From Fimbriosthenelais zetlandica (Eukaryota): a stretch of 64,000 bases of DNA. A model generated the notes under the pieces. That model did no database searches. It was not told where the DNA came from and saw nothing but the letters and a program-made list of their open reading frames with translations. The stretch lies in contig OZ365114.1 in assembly GCA_977030845.1 (NCBI GenBank), positions 21,266,001 to 21,330,000 on the forward strand, written 5' to 3'. How positions within the stretch are numbered: position 1 is the first letter of the stretch; each line of letters starts with the position of its first letter. Below, piece after piece: positions 28,201-41,900 of the stretch. A program made the translations under genes and the position numbers.

Positions 28201-31200
28201 CTTGGTTTGCTGGCTAGTTTCTCCTGCTTATATTGGTCTCTAATGTCCCTCCATCATCTGATTATAAGCTTTGGTTATTATCTTTGTAAAAAAAACTTCA
28301 GTTCTTAAATCAGAAAAATATTTCATAAGGTCACTAAGGTAATAGAGTTTGTATATTATATTCCATGGGTCATGCACATATATAGTCTGCCGGAAGGCTA
28401 CTACAAGAGGTCACGACCTTTAAATCCTCACCTCTCGACCTTTTGATGTTGGCATCGATTACCTTTGTGAAATTCAAGCCAAAACTTAGTGCATTGTTCC
28501 GGCGAAAAATTAACCGTCTTTGTCACGGTGTTGTTCTTAGGGATTAAGATAAAAGAGACCACATAAGAACTCTGCTTCTGGACCTAGAAGAGAAGTTGTA
28601 AATGAAACCCAGAGGTGACAGTTGAAACCACTTAACTATCTTAACTTTACACCAGTGTCACACTCCTAAACCAGACACCGTCAATCCACCCTCAGTGGTA
28701 GGAGGAAAAATAGTTTAAAACAAATATTTTGAATAAATATATTCCTTACATTGTTCCTATGAAGATAGATCAAAATCCTTTTAAAAGTCATTAAAATGAT
28801 AGACCAATCTTATAGCTTTGGTTCTGGGAATAGAAAGGGTTGAGGTGTTCCTATACTGACCACTTCTGGGGTGGACAGGTGGGTATAGGTGGGTAGCTTA
28901 ACATCTGCCTTCCTAATACCTTAGCCTACAATTTGATATCTTACAAAGGCATTAAAAAGACCCAGTGGGTTTACATGAAGACAATGGAGCTTTAAATTGG
29001 TCTTTCATGTTCTGAAATGCTGGGAAATGATACATATTCTGTTGGAAATCCAACGTCCTGTCCAGACATATGGTATGATTAATTTTGATAATTATATCAG
29101 GCCTATACGTTTGTTTAATGCAATCTGTAATTTCGGCCTGTACGATCTGTAATATTTATGCAATTTAAGTATACTATAAGGAATATTTTATTAAGAATAT
29201 TAAAAAGATATGTTGCTATATATACATATGTCATTGCTTTTCATTGCCCCATCAGCTACAAAATAATATCTGTGAACAGGCCTTCCTGTTTATCATCACC
29301 CTTTATAAGCCTATTGTCTCCGAGAGTGGAATTTCAAGTGTGTAACAGTGGAATATTACTATGGCGTGTCACTGCCACTTTGTTGCACTTTTATACATCC
29401 ATAATGCTGGGGACAGATGCTCCCTTTTACTCCTTGAAAAGGCATGTGTATTTTTCAAAGGCATATGTTTCTGAGTCATTGAAGACTTTAATGCATACTC
29501 ATCAGTTTGCTGCTTCTCCGGTGGCGATTGAATTTTTCATGCACATTCCCGCCATTGTCTCACTACATATAGATCATTGGAAATAGGTTGTGTTTTTAAC
29601 ACGAGCAGATGATGAAGGTGTCTGACTGCAAATCCCTCGTCCAAGCATCTCGCCAAGCTTTTGTGTTTCATCATAATCTAGGCCTCCCTCAAAGTACTGT
29701 GATTTGGTGGTCTTTCGCCGCAAATTATGATTGATAATTTTTCATGGGCCATCTTGTTGCAAGCGAGTACTTAGGCTCTCCCCCTCACATCCCACTCTTT
29801 CTCCCATTCTCTCTTCCCTCATGAATTCCCACAAAGAATCAGCGACAAAAACAGATAATTCCAGCCAAGCAATTGCAGCGTTGGGCCCCTCGCTATTCAT
29901 CAAAGCATTTTGCATTTTAATCAGAAAAGTAAGTTACATAATGCCTCAATTATTCATGATCACCGTGGTTCATTTTCAAAGCAGCCTAATCTCAGTTTGG
30001 CCATTAACAGTTGGGCAGATTATGTATTAGAGATTACAGAAATATTGAAATGCCGGAGCTTGGAGGCGGGCATGCGGTATAGCGCGCTTACTCTGGCCTT
30101 GCCAGGTACCACTGAAAGCATTTCTTTTCTCTTTCCCAGCCACCCCATCAATTATTTAAAACTTGTGTCAGCTTTCAACGCGATTATCAATTATGTTTCG
30201 TTACCGAAGATTAAGAGCTCAAGCGGTGTGCGGTTTTAAAAATGCAGGCATCTTTTGCCACGTTTTGCTTCCATAGACAATATGCCTTTTGGATGGAGGG
30301 ACTTAAGTTGCACAGAGCCATGCAGGCTGCCAGTGGAAATCCCTCACCATGGCCTTTTTCAGCCGAGGAGCACTGTAGGTCTCTGAGGCAACCCTACCCC
30401 TCAGTCTACTTCACACAAAAGCTGACATATTCCCTGTGTCATTTAAGAGTTCATATTTTGTTGCTCCTCTCCCCTATAAGCTTTCTAATGTCAACGCTTC
30501 TCTCCCCCTCTGTTAATGGCTTAAATCCCTCAGTCTCCCTCTATAAGCTCCAGGCACTCAAGGCTTTAGAAGTCAGGCTTAAAAATTCACACCTGCAAAC
30601 TTTGTTGTATGAGAAGTTAAAAGGTGGGTGTTGGAAGGCTTATTCCCCGTGGAGAAGTGGCCCGATCAGGCTTCAACATTGTGAAGATACTTGGGCTGGT
30701 GCACTGCAGTTCACGCCTGCTGAAAGGCACCACATTGCAGGTGTTTTATTTATTATTTCCAGGAAGGAAATTGTGACAAGAGTATGAATAGACACAGTTG
30801 TATAAAACAAGAAGTTCTAAAAAGCTATATTCACAAATATCTCAATGCAACTCTCATTCGGATCGGGATGTTAAGAGATCATCTTCCAATGAATATCTAA
30901 TTGAAACTTTTTGAAACTTTTCAAATGTTCATATCAATACTTCTTTATATCACTCTTCTTTCTGTCAGCTGACGGGGCCAGAAGTCTAAGCTCTGCCTTA
31001 ACCAACTTCTGCCAAATAAAAAAGTTCCCTAATTGGGCATTGTGATGGCATTGCAATACATGACCAAAAGAACATATTGTACATTGTAGTATCATGCAGA
31101 TACATGTGTATGTTCTTGTTATCCATTGTAATGGAGGGCCTTTCAGTAAGTCATTATAATTGAGGACCTCTTTATAAGTCATTGTAATGGACACCATCTC

Positions 31201-31237
31201 TGTAAGTAATTATAATGGATCTTTGTTGTGATTTCAG
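19204..31237 (+). other. MPDU1: MPDU1 intron 3 (12,034 nt)
   Basis: Donor TTCAG|gtagga and acceptor atttcag|TACATATGG; the phase-2 join restores YPF-S-TYGEAIF, the conserved MPDU1 segment. Confidence 0.88.
19576..19780. promoter_or_regulatory. Cluster of five CTCF-like motifs (candidate insulator/boundary)
   Basis: Minus strand: GCACTAGGGGGCGAC (19576-19590), CACAACAGATGGCAGCA (19621-19637), CATAAGGTGGCAGCAT (19709-19724). Plus strand: CAACCAGGCGGCGTC (19675-19689), CCTATAGGTGGCCA (19767-19780). Compared by eye with the CCACCAG(G/A)(G/T)GGC(A/G)C consensus. Confidence 0.55.
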
Positions 31238-31442
31238 TACATATGGAGAGGCCATATTCCTGTTGATCCAGACCTGGGTGGTGGCAGTCCTGGTGCTCTA
31301 CTATACAGGCCGTCAGGCTATGGTGGCGGTATACTCGGCCGTCCTTGTTGCCGTTCTTGCCTTCCTCCTCTCCCCTGCAGCCCCTGCTGATCTCATCTGG
31401 TTCCTCCAGACTAGCAACATTATCAACATTATAATTGCCCGG
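31238..31442 (+). CDS. MPDU1: MPDU1 exon 4 (remaining C-terminal exon(s) lie beyond the window)
   Basis: 205-nt exon encoding STYGEAIFLLIQTWVVAVLVLYYTGRQAMVAVYSAVLVAVLAFLLSPAAPADLIWFLQTSNIINIIIAR, ending CGG|gtaagt. The expected next segment (..QA..N..NGHTGQLSA..) was not found up to 64000. Confidence 0.9.
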
Positions 31443-34400
31443 GTAAGTGGACAGTTTTTCATTGGATATCCTTAATTAATTCTTAATAATTAAGTATCCT
31501 TATAATACCTATAGTTAAGTATAATTTTTCTTTTTTTCCTTTTTGCTTTAAATGTGCATATATATTATTTACTAGAGTCTCTTTAAAGCTTTAGAGTAAG
31601 CAATGATTATCAGCAACGCTTTATAAAAATGGATAATAATTCTATCTAGAATTAATATTTCCATTGTGAAAATAGCAATGTGCATCTGCTCAAAATACTT
31701 GTTTTGGTTTGTTGTTTTTTATCTTGAGACACAGATCTGCCTGGCCCATCTTCTGCCTGCTCGGCCCGCCTGCCCATTATGTGGGATTAGGGTGTGAGGG
31801 GCATTGTGAGGCGGATGATTTGTAATTGATACCATTGCTTGTAATGACCATGTAATCAGGTCTGTTATGTCTTCATTCTCTCTGTACTAATCGTTATCAG
31901 CATGACACTAAGATATCAAGACCTCTGCTGCCAACAACAGGCCTGAATCACTACATAGCTTAAACCCCGACCACAGGGAGCACCATGATATCTCTATATT
32001 GTATATCAAAGAGGCCATTCATCCATTTGTCCTCTGTGAAGGTCCTCTATAGGTGATCCTTGATTGGATGTGTGTAGGATTATATCAGATGCTGATTAAA
32101 TCTGAAGCTTTAGGAGCAATTGACATGAAAACGTACATTTGACATTTTGGTGCGGGATCGATGAGTAGTAAGTTACTTTTGGTCCTATTGCTGCAGTACT
32201 AAAAGGAAAGTCACCTTTTGCACTTTGATAAGCACCCAAAGAACTTTAAATCGAAGGTAATGAAACGTTCTCGGAGTTAGTCTTTGAAATGATTTTGTTT
32301 GCAGAATGAAATTATTTTCACTCTACGCGATATGATTATCTCTCCCAAAAGTGTTGGCCGGCATAAGCAATGCAGAACTTTATCAAATTAGTTTGAACTG
32401 CAATATTAAGCCTGGGAAGTAAAAAAAGTACTTTCAGATTAGATGCAAGGAATTTAATGTTAGAAAAAGAAACGCTTTAATAAAGTTTCTTTCATACAAC
32501 TTCTAGCCAGTCGTCGATGAAATATCCGGCCTTTTGACATGAAGATTGCCTCTCTCCAAAACATGGCGGGGGAGAATTGTAAGCTATGTGTCTATTGGAC
32601 TATGTAAATACATGGCTGGCAGTTATTTGAACTTTCCATGTCTCAGCTTTCTTTGTTTTTAGCCATCGGCCTCTCTCGTTCGGCTCACATGATTTTCTTT
32701 TTCCATAACATCTCATATCTCACTAAACTGTCTGACCGGACATCTTTTATGGACGGTGTAGTGGTTGGCTGTTTTTGGCACTAAGTGGGAACCGGATGTA
32801 ATATAATACTCGCCTTTGTGACATAAATCCCATATTACCTGTTTACATCTCTGGCTTTGTATTATACATGTAGAACACATGAGTTCACCCCATCCAGTTC
32901 ACCCCCTCCAGTGTCCTAACTCCCCAAATACATGCATTAGGTGGGTCTATGGAAGTGAAACTTTTGGATAATGTCATCAGCACATCTGATGTCAAGTCAA
33001 GTTTCATTTTGATAGGACTCCTCGGAAAATAAAAGTTCAGCAGGCATATTTGTATGAGCAATTTTTGTGATAAATTGCATATCATTTGTTTTACTACCTC
33101 GGAAAAAGTCATTTCTGTGGAAGCTTTTGTGATTCATAAAACGTAATTTCTCCGCTTCGACTTCTTCAAAAAGTGAGTGATTTAAACATTGTGTCAGTCC
33201 TATTCTGGATGCTCATACTTGCCATGAAGTAAATTATTTACTATTCGACATAAGAACGTCATGTCTTTGTCTTTGGGCAAAGTTGTCTTGGTAAAATACA
33301 GCCTCGAAACTTCAAAGTGCGAATTTCATTCACAAAGAAATGTCTGATTGCATTTTCTTATGGTGAGTTTACACTTAAGTTTTCATCATAGGAGGGCTCT
33401 GCCTGCTGTAAAGCCATTATTTCCATTCCTTTGGGGGAAAAACAATTGTTTCTGACATATAAAAAATCTAAATTGCCTACACCGTCCATAAAATCATTAT
33501 GGAATCATCCATGCTTTAAGGCCTTTTTTACTCTTCTAATTTTATAAGGTGTTTGAAACATTCCTTTTGAGGTTCGAATTGCCATCAATATCATGAGTTG
33601 AATACTTCAAGTACGTGAATATATTCCGTATGTTTGCAAAAGGAATATAGTCATAACTTTTTTGTTTACAAACGCACAAATTGGTTTCTAACCATACGAG
33701 TCCTTTCCCCTACGGACTCTAAGAATAATTAATTATAGTAAAATAAAATCCCCCTAAGTGAATAGGCTGGCATGAATAAGAAGAAGGGGAATAGGCTAGA
33801 AGAGGAAGTGGGGAGAGAGAAGGCTTCTCAGAATTGCGGTAGTGGACTAATATTACTAATTAGTAATAAGATAGCCAACACAAGGCCGGCTCGATCATGG
33901 TGTCTTTCAGCGGATTAGTCTTCAGTTTCACCCACTCTCCTCCCCTCTTGCCTTCCGCCTCAGTGAAAAACCACTAGTTGGTTTCATTAACGTTATTTAT
34001 CTGCCGCAAGAACTACTAGGCTGGCCCTGTCTGCTGGGCGCCTTTGTCACGCACGAGGCGTTTTTGCACGGGAAGGTTTTACCATCACCATGTCTTTACT
34101 CAGTTGTCTTTAGTGAAACCATAAAACAACTCAGTTTTAAGGCATTGCTTTAAATATTACAGAGCATACACTCGTCCCTGTTCCAACGAATAAGTTAAGT
34201 CGGAATTAGCTCCAGTATAGCAATTAATTCATTGTCACTTTTTAACTCGGGCACACAGGTGGCTGCATATTTATCACGTAGATAAAAGCTTTTACCGAAA
34301 CAACTGGGCAAATAATTACCTTCGTATTCTTCATATGTGCATCATATGTTGATGAAATATGGACAGACACAAATCGAAGATGAAATGAATATTTCACATC

Positions 34401-35565
34401 CATCATCTTTCTTTGTTCACTCAAATGAATGGCTTTTGTGAAGGAGCATTTTTCGAGCAATCAATATTATAAAGTATGTATTCAATGCGGGTCTGTCCAT
34501 CTTTGTGCCTTCCTCTTAGCCCTTTGTCAGGCCTTCACACATGACCTTGTATTTCCCTATAATCAAATAAGAGATGAATAGGAGAGTAACCAATAATTAT
34601 TTATATATGTGCACATATTGTTATCTCGATTTATAATTGGCCAGTTCGACAATACTGATCAATTTCTGCTCCTTTGCTGCCTGTCTCTATGGTCAGATTC
34701 CATGTACTACTTGCTCCTCTTAATGCCTCCATATAAGAGACATTTCCCTATACTTCTTACACCTTCCAAACTTAATGAACAGCAGTCCGCTAACCGGTCC
34801 TATTTTGCAATTGTATGAGCAGAAAATGTTTGCACAACAACTCATACAGAAATACCTATTAAATACTATCTCTCCATGATATCTACATTAATTATATAAT
34901 CATAATTATTTAACATAATATTCTAAGCACCCACAGTTTCATTGTTTCAGCCCTATTGGGTTCACTCAGTACGGTAGGGCCCCACCTTACTCATTGTCTG
35001 TGCAGAATGGTGTAATTTATTCCTGGATAAGCCGTTATCAAACGTAAGGAGTTAAATTTAAACGCCAGGTCTCTCGCTGCCTGCCCTCTGCCCTGGTACA
35101 AGTTAATTTCTAGCTTTCTCGTCTTTCTCCTCCCGGGCCCGTAGTTTGATTAATTTGTTACTTGATTCCATTTGTCATATCACATTTGCGTCTTTATTTG
35201 TCCGTCAGCCACACACAACGCCGTAACTGCACAAAGTTTAATTGGTTGACTCCGACAAAAAAAATCTTCAAATAAAATGACATCTGTTCACAAAAAATTC
35301 ACTGGATTTCCCCACTTACGAACAAAGGTTGTGCATAGGTCCCTTCCTAGGTAACTTCAAGGTTAATTGGCTGTTTTGTTATTTGCTTTTGATCTACTTT
35401 TTATTATGCAATAGATCCGTCTTTGGCTGAACCGGATTGTAATGGAACCAAGGAAATTGATCTAGCATGCATATCTGCAAGGTTTTATCTTGAAAATTCT
35501 GCACTTGTTTCATCTTATCAACAATTGGCTATTGGATCAGCTATATTTTCCCTCACAGCCCTCAC

Positions 35566-35906
35566 AGCCCAACTGAATTCTTCTCTATGGCTGATGACCC
35601 AGCTGAATCATTCCCTAGGGCTGATGGCCCAACTAAATATTGATGGCTCAGCCGAATCCTTTCAGTTAATCCCTTTAGGGCTATAGGGCTGTTGGCCCAG
35701 CTGAATCGTTCTGTAGGGCTGATGGCCCAGCCTATTCCTTCCCTATAGGGCTGATGGCACAGCTGGATCGTTCCTCTAGGGCTGATGGCCCAGCTGAATC
35801 GTTCTCTAGGGCTGATGGCCCAGCTGAATCGAGCTCTAGGGCTAATGGCCCAGCTGAATCGTTCTCTAGGGCTGATGGCCACCTGAATCGTTCTCTAGGG
35901 CTGATG
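35566..35906. repeat. 30-bp minisatellite, about 11 copies
   Basis: Consensus GGGCTGATGGCCCAGCTGAATCGTTCTCTA; near-perfect 30-nt period from about 35777 to 35906 and progressively degenerate to the left. Confidence 0.95.
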
Positions 35907-38900
35907 TACGATAGGTTACAGGAACTTGATTAATTGGTAGGCCTGAACGCAACCAGCTCGCCTTTCTCCTTCATGGACTAATTAAAACTGGATACGCGTC
36001 TCAGGTATCCTCACCGCTGTTTTATGCCATTACTGGGGGCGTGGGACAGGGTGTTTTTGGATTTTGGAACCAAACTGGATTTTTTAAAGATCAAATGTCT
36101 TTGGCCTCTTACCAAATTCCTGCCACATCAGCAAGCCACTTCTGGCGAAACTCGAAGTAGTGGACAATGCACTAACCCCGTCCTGATCAGGGTTATGCAG
36201 GGTTATACCTCCTTCATGAGGACCCAGTTTTCTCTTGATTAATAGCATTAACAAGAATGCAACCCAACATTGCTATTGCATGTACATTATCAGTTGGTCT
36301 TTGCATGTGTTCCATTCTATTATAGATATGATGATCGATTGCTGCAATCAATGTCTATTTGATTTCTTTCAATTTTTACTTTGGATTGAATATATTGAAG
36401 GATAATTATTATTTGAAATGGAACATTTTCTGAACAATTGTCATATTTTTAAATTCATCCATTTGCCTCAAAATCGATGCTTTGTCAGCATTTTTCAATT
36501 GGGGGATTACATGAATATATATGCAGGCACTGGTAACTTGAATGACACTGCAATCCAATTTAGCCGTGTTCTGCTTCCCCACCCCATCAAGCCAGATCCA
36601 GATAGGCTGCCTTTTTACAAGTCCGCCATCCCTCCCATTGTTGCATTTCTATGCAGGGTAGTATATTATTCCCTCTGTGCTTGTGTGAGAGAGTTGGTTG
36701 GGGTGGGGGAGAAGGAGTAGAAGTGGGGAGAGGGGGGTAGGTTTCTGTTGCTGGCGCCATTGCCACACAGGTGTGCTACCACTGATTGAATTCATTTTTA
36801 CCGGCATGTTAATAATACGCCACGTCGGAGGTTATGAAACAAGCAGGCAGCCGCCACCCGCCTCAACATTGTGGCCATTTCTATGCTTGCTTATTTGGCT
36901 TGCAAAGCGAAGCTCGGCACCCATTGTAACAGTCACAAATGGCCTCCTAGAAGCTAGTCTTTTCATCGCGACCATTCACAATGCAACATTGTAGTCCCGA
37001 TCTATGAGCCTTTAGTCCAGTCCAAGATAACTCCCGTTTCTCTGTGCTCTGTAGTTTCTGGCTGTTTTTGTCCTTCGCCATGCATACACACCCACCCTAG
37101 TATAAAGCCCAGGCAGTCGTTACACAGCCAGCCCCTGAGTCAGACCTTCACATACTTTCTCTCTTCCATCTTCATTTTATTCCCACACCTTAGGATGTTT
37201 CATTTTCAAGAGGGTTTTCATGAGGAGAAGATGAGTGTAACTTTGGGATTGGTACGAGTCCAGATTCCGCATGGCGGTCTGCGGAAGCTGTCGAGGCAGC
37301 GCGGGACTAGTATATATATGCATTGCGACGCCCGGCAACCCGTCGCCAGGCTATCGGGAAGCCGTCGTGAGCTGCTCACAATGAGTGAGCAATTCATCTT
37401 GTGAGCAGATCTGAAGGATTGCAAGCAGTGTCTCAGAGGTGACCTGCAGAGAATGACCTTTAGTGATTGGGACGCGGCGTGCCATACTAAGTGAGGTTCC
37501 GGTGGTGGGGGCCCGCACCAATACCAGCCAGCAGCTGAGCGGCAGCAGAAGAGGAAGAGGCGGAGCTGTGACAGGTAAATGCTGGTCTCTATGCTGCCAC
37601 TCCAGGGTGGGGCGGGCGCTCATCACACTCTCCCTCCCTGGAGAATACTCCTCCAGCGGACCCCTGAAGACCCACACTACCCGCTATTCACATATCCTCA
37701 CACCTTATACACGCACCTCTTATAAAGCACTAGTTGTGAAAATGGAACTTTGCTAAAAAGTATTAATTAGGTGATGACATACTTCTTAAATACACATGTA
37801 TGATTTGCATTATGTACTTACATTAACCACTCATGTATTCACATGCTCAACTGACATGTAATACTTATGATTTTATTTGATGTTTTGATTTTCACTTCAA
37901 ATGAATCTTAGACTGTGAGATTTGAATTTAAATTTTTGTCTGATATGTGTTTCATTGAATTTAGTGGCATAATGGCTGAGGTTTTATCATAGTTTTTTTT
38001 CTTCCTCAGACGTATGATAGCTTTTTAGGGTAATTTCAATTAATCGTATGTAAATGTATACATAATTATCCATGGAGATTGCATATAAGACCCTCATGCA
38101 GTGCTGATCATATACATAAATAGCCTACTGCTATGTAGAAATATAGCCTGAAGTTGATCCCGAGTTATTGGTCAGTAATTGTGATGGGCAAGGGGTGAAC
38201 AAACTGAGACCACTTGAGAATCCATTAGGGCGAGAAGTCAGTCAACATTGATGTGCAAAGAGAGAGATTTTCACTTGTCACTCCTGAACTAACAACAAAA
38301 TGGATACATTCCATGTGTACAGTGGTTCAACATGGAGTAAACCAGGCTGGGCAAATGGATTTGAGTTCTGTTTTCAACATTTGTACATCATCTTGATGGT
38401 TTAGTGTTAATTATTATTATGTAATGCCTAATTGTCTCACGTGAGAGGACAGATAGCCAGGTCATGACACATACTATAATATGCAATAGGTTCAACAGTT
38501 CCTCTACTACCACTGGAAGTGACACACCCTCATTGTCTTCCCTGTCCAGTACATTGACAGATAGCATCATCTGATTGCTGGCATGCATTGCACCCCTCTG
38601 GAGCCTCATCAACCATTTATGATAGATTTTAATCAGCTGATATTCTACTTGTCATGTTTTGGGGTTTGGATGTGGACGATATGGTGGCCTGGGGGATTAG
38701 ACCTTTTACCTGGATTGCCATCTGACCACACCTGAAAGGTATCTGACCCGAATAGTCACTTTGTCCGATTGCGGGTTAATGCAGGTGTGGCTGATGAGGT
38801 GGTGAATATTACATGAGAGTGACCATCATCATTAGTTGCAGCATATATGGGTGTGGGTGGACATGCTACAGTACTGACTCTAGTATGACTCAATCTACAG

Positions 38901-41900
38901 GCTTCCTATTAGGTTTTCATATTTCTACATTCTATTCCTGGTACTTTAGTGTGTGAGTGGTACGCATTTTACACTTGTTCATTGCATTGCGAATTGCTAG
39001 CACTTGATACCCACTCAACACATACAGAGGGAAAATGAATACTTTCCCTTTTGTTAAGTTGCAAATGAACACTGCTTTGCAAGAAAACTACCCCGCCACA
39101 CCCTCGTGCCAGACTTGGGCTAGTTTGTAGGTCAAGTTTGTCGAGGAATCTTGTGGGGTTTTGTCTCCAATCTTGGACATCCCCCTCCAAGTCCACAAAA
39201 CCTATTGTGGCGCCCTCTCCATGCCAGCGGCATGGCCTCAGACAGGAACAATACTTGTGTCTCGGGTAAATATTCTGACTGAGCTGTGTATTATGGGTGG
39301 TCACAATGACACCCCGTGTAACAGTGAGCACAGGGACTGTAACAAATCCCCAATCAGATCAATACTTCCCCCTCCCAAGCCCCGCCCCTTATTTGCTGGT
39401 CCTGCCTGTCAATATTTGTATTTCATATCAGTGTAAACTAAGCATGGTTTTTACACCACACTCTTTGTGTGTGTGGGACACCATACTTCACTCAACACCA
39501 CACTTATATTTCCTCTCCTCCTCATCCCACTCAGGTTTTTCTAGACGAAGTATATTACCTCAAATCCATTGATCGGATATTTTAAATCCAATTGCTTTAA
39601 TTGTTATGCATTGAGGGGAAACACTTTAACACGGTGGTGTACTGGGAATGAATCTAGCTGCACAAAGGCAAAATAAGTGTAATCGATATCACAATGGGGT
39701 GATAGGTTACCTTGGTTTCTTGGACAATATCATTGTCCTTTGCTTTTGTCCGCCCATTTAAATTGAGAACTTGTTTTAAAAGAAAAGTTGGATGCTCGCG
39801 TCCCAATTCAACTTTCAGGGGTCAGCTAGGTGAGCACCTTCTAAAACAACATCTCCTCATCTCATCTCACTTTTTCCCTCGGTAGCTCCAAACTATTTTT
39901 TCCACGAATGTGGAAATTTAAACTTGATCTGTGGCCCCTCGATTCATCTGGGACTTTTCACTATAATTTTCAGCCAATGAATTGTCAGCCATGTTTGCCA
40001 GTCGTCTGGGAAATATCGACAAAATGTAAAATAATGAATTAAATGCCAGTAACAATGTTTAGCCTACATTAGCTTTCATCATCAGGTGTATTAGGTCTGG
40101 AAGTCCTCTCTAATGTATCAGTCCATTCCACCCCTGTAGGATATTTTAATTGAGAAGGTCTCATCCCTAGAGAGACGCCACTGAATCCTCTTGGATATCA
40201 TATTGAAGTTCACCAAATAATCATGTATTATTGCATTGGGGTCTTAACTTCAGCTCAGCGGACACTAATTTTGGTCAGGATTCCATGGGAATCAGACTGA
40301 GAATCAGTTAACAATAGAAGGCAGGAGGGGAATTCCTTGGTGACTCGTCTCAGTTCTGGAATATTCACTAATGGCGCTGCCATGTTAGATTTGACGGCAT
40401 GGCTCCATCAGTCTGCACCGACAGATTCCAAGACACATTTATCATGATCGAAATATAGATATTTTTTCAACAATTTGTGACAAGTTCTTAGACTCATTAA
40501 AGAGATAGAGGTTCACTTCATTCTAGTGATATTATGATATCCTTTTCACCCAAAGCTTAATTGAATTGTACTCGCAAATCTATAATATTCAAACTAAGCT
40601 CTAATTTTATCATATTCTATGTTCATACAGGTCTGCAATTTCTTGGAATGATAAAAGTACATCAATATATTAGTCTCGGCACCCCATTCTCCTGTGAGGT
40701 GGGGGTGGGGGGTAAATCTCAGAATAAGACAATATGAGGGTGTGAACTCAGCAGGTTTTGTCTCCACGGACAGGGCGTGGTAGCTTTCCTCCACAAAGCA
40801 CTGGCCGCCATTTTGTCAGCAATCACCTGCTTACCCCCGTCTCCCTCTATATCCTCTACTTCTCCTCATCTTCTCCAGGGCCGGTACTGAGATGAAGGCC
40901 TATTGTCATCACCTGTAGCCACCCTTTCATCTCCTCCAAAACTCACCTGTGTACCTCCGGAAGGAGCAATCAAGACCCAACTCATCGGTTCCCATAGTAA
41001 GGACCCTTTGAAGTTGTCATGGCAACACTATCAGGACCCCGGCTGTCCGGGGAAACGCAAATGCCTCGTGAGCAACATGCAATCTTTGATGGAGGCAACG
41101 GTAAAGGATAGCGTCAACAAAAGAGCACTGTCACCTATAGGGTTACTGGAGAGCCACGCCTGTGAGGCAGTTTCCTCAGAAGATGAGATGGGATTTTTCT
41201 CTATGGGGTATTGTCAGCCATGGTGGGGTGGTGATGGCGGGGGGAGTGGGGGACTATATAGCGACTGTGAGGGGAATGAGAGAGAGAGAAAGATTCCCAA
41301 CACGTACGTGTAATATTCCCTGATCGAATATAAGGATTAGACCCCAAGGAACACCTGCATGCTTACATCTCTCATGCAAGGTTTCTGCTTGTACTCTTAC
41401 TTTAAACCCTCAAAAATATGTTTCAAACCTGGTTTGAAGTGGCTCCTTTTTGGAGGCATCAAACCCTGCCAAACCCCCTGGAGGAAGGTCCCAGACACAG
41501 GAGGATCACTTACCTCGGGTGGAGGTTAATTTGATCAGTCCTGCTCTTTACCAGCACCATACGTGCCCTCTGGGAAGGGCGGTGTCCTTTTACACTTGTA
41601 ACTCTAATTCCATCTAAGAGGGGACAAAATGCCCTCTTTTAACCTCAACCCTCCAAGTTTTAACTTAACTCAAGGCACACTTCGCATCTCTGTGCTTTAA
41701 AGTTCTCTAAACAACTTTCTATTGATTCATCAGTCTCAACTAACTTGGCATATTTATTCCACATTACTTGCACTTACTCGGTATCATATAGCCTATATCT
41801 GAAGTACCATTCTTGGGATTCAAGTGATACAATTTTATAAATGGATTTCATTCTGTCATTGACCGCGATGGTCATTGACCTTCCTCTCATTTTGAGGGAC

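Noticed and set aside
32672-32693. Partial match to miR-375 (TCGTTCGGCTC)
   Set aside because: Seed region mismatched and no precursor hairpin. No exact mature sequence of the conserved bilaterian miRNAs I recalled was seen in the window.
35562-35882. ORF with AISPRERFSW repeats
   Set aside because: Translation of the 30-bp minisatellite; no sign of a real gene. It is also not a CRISPR array, since there are no unique spacers.
37099-37145. TATAAAG with a downstream AP-1 site as a promoter
   Set aside because: An isolated motif with no supporting first exon or ORF.
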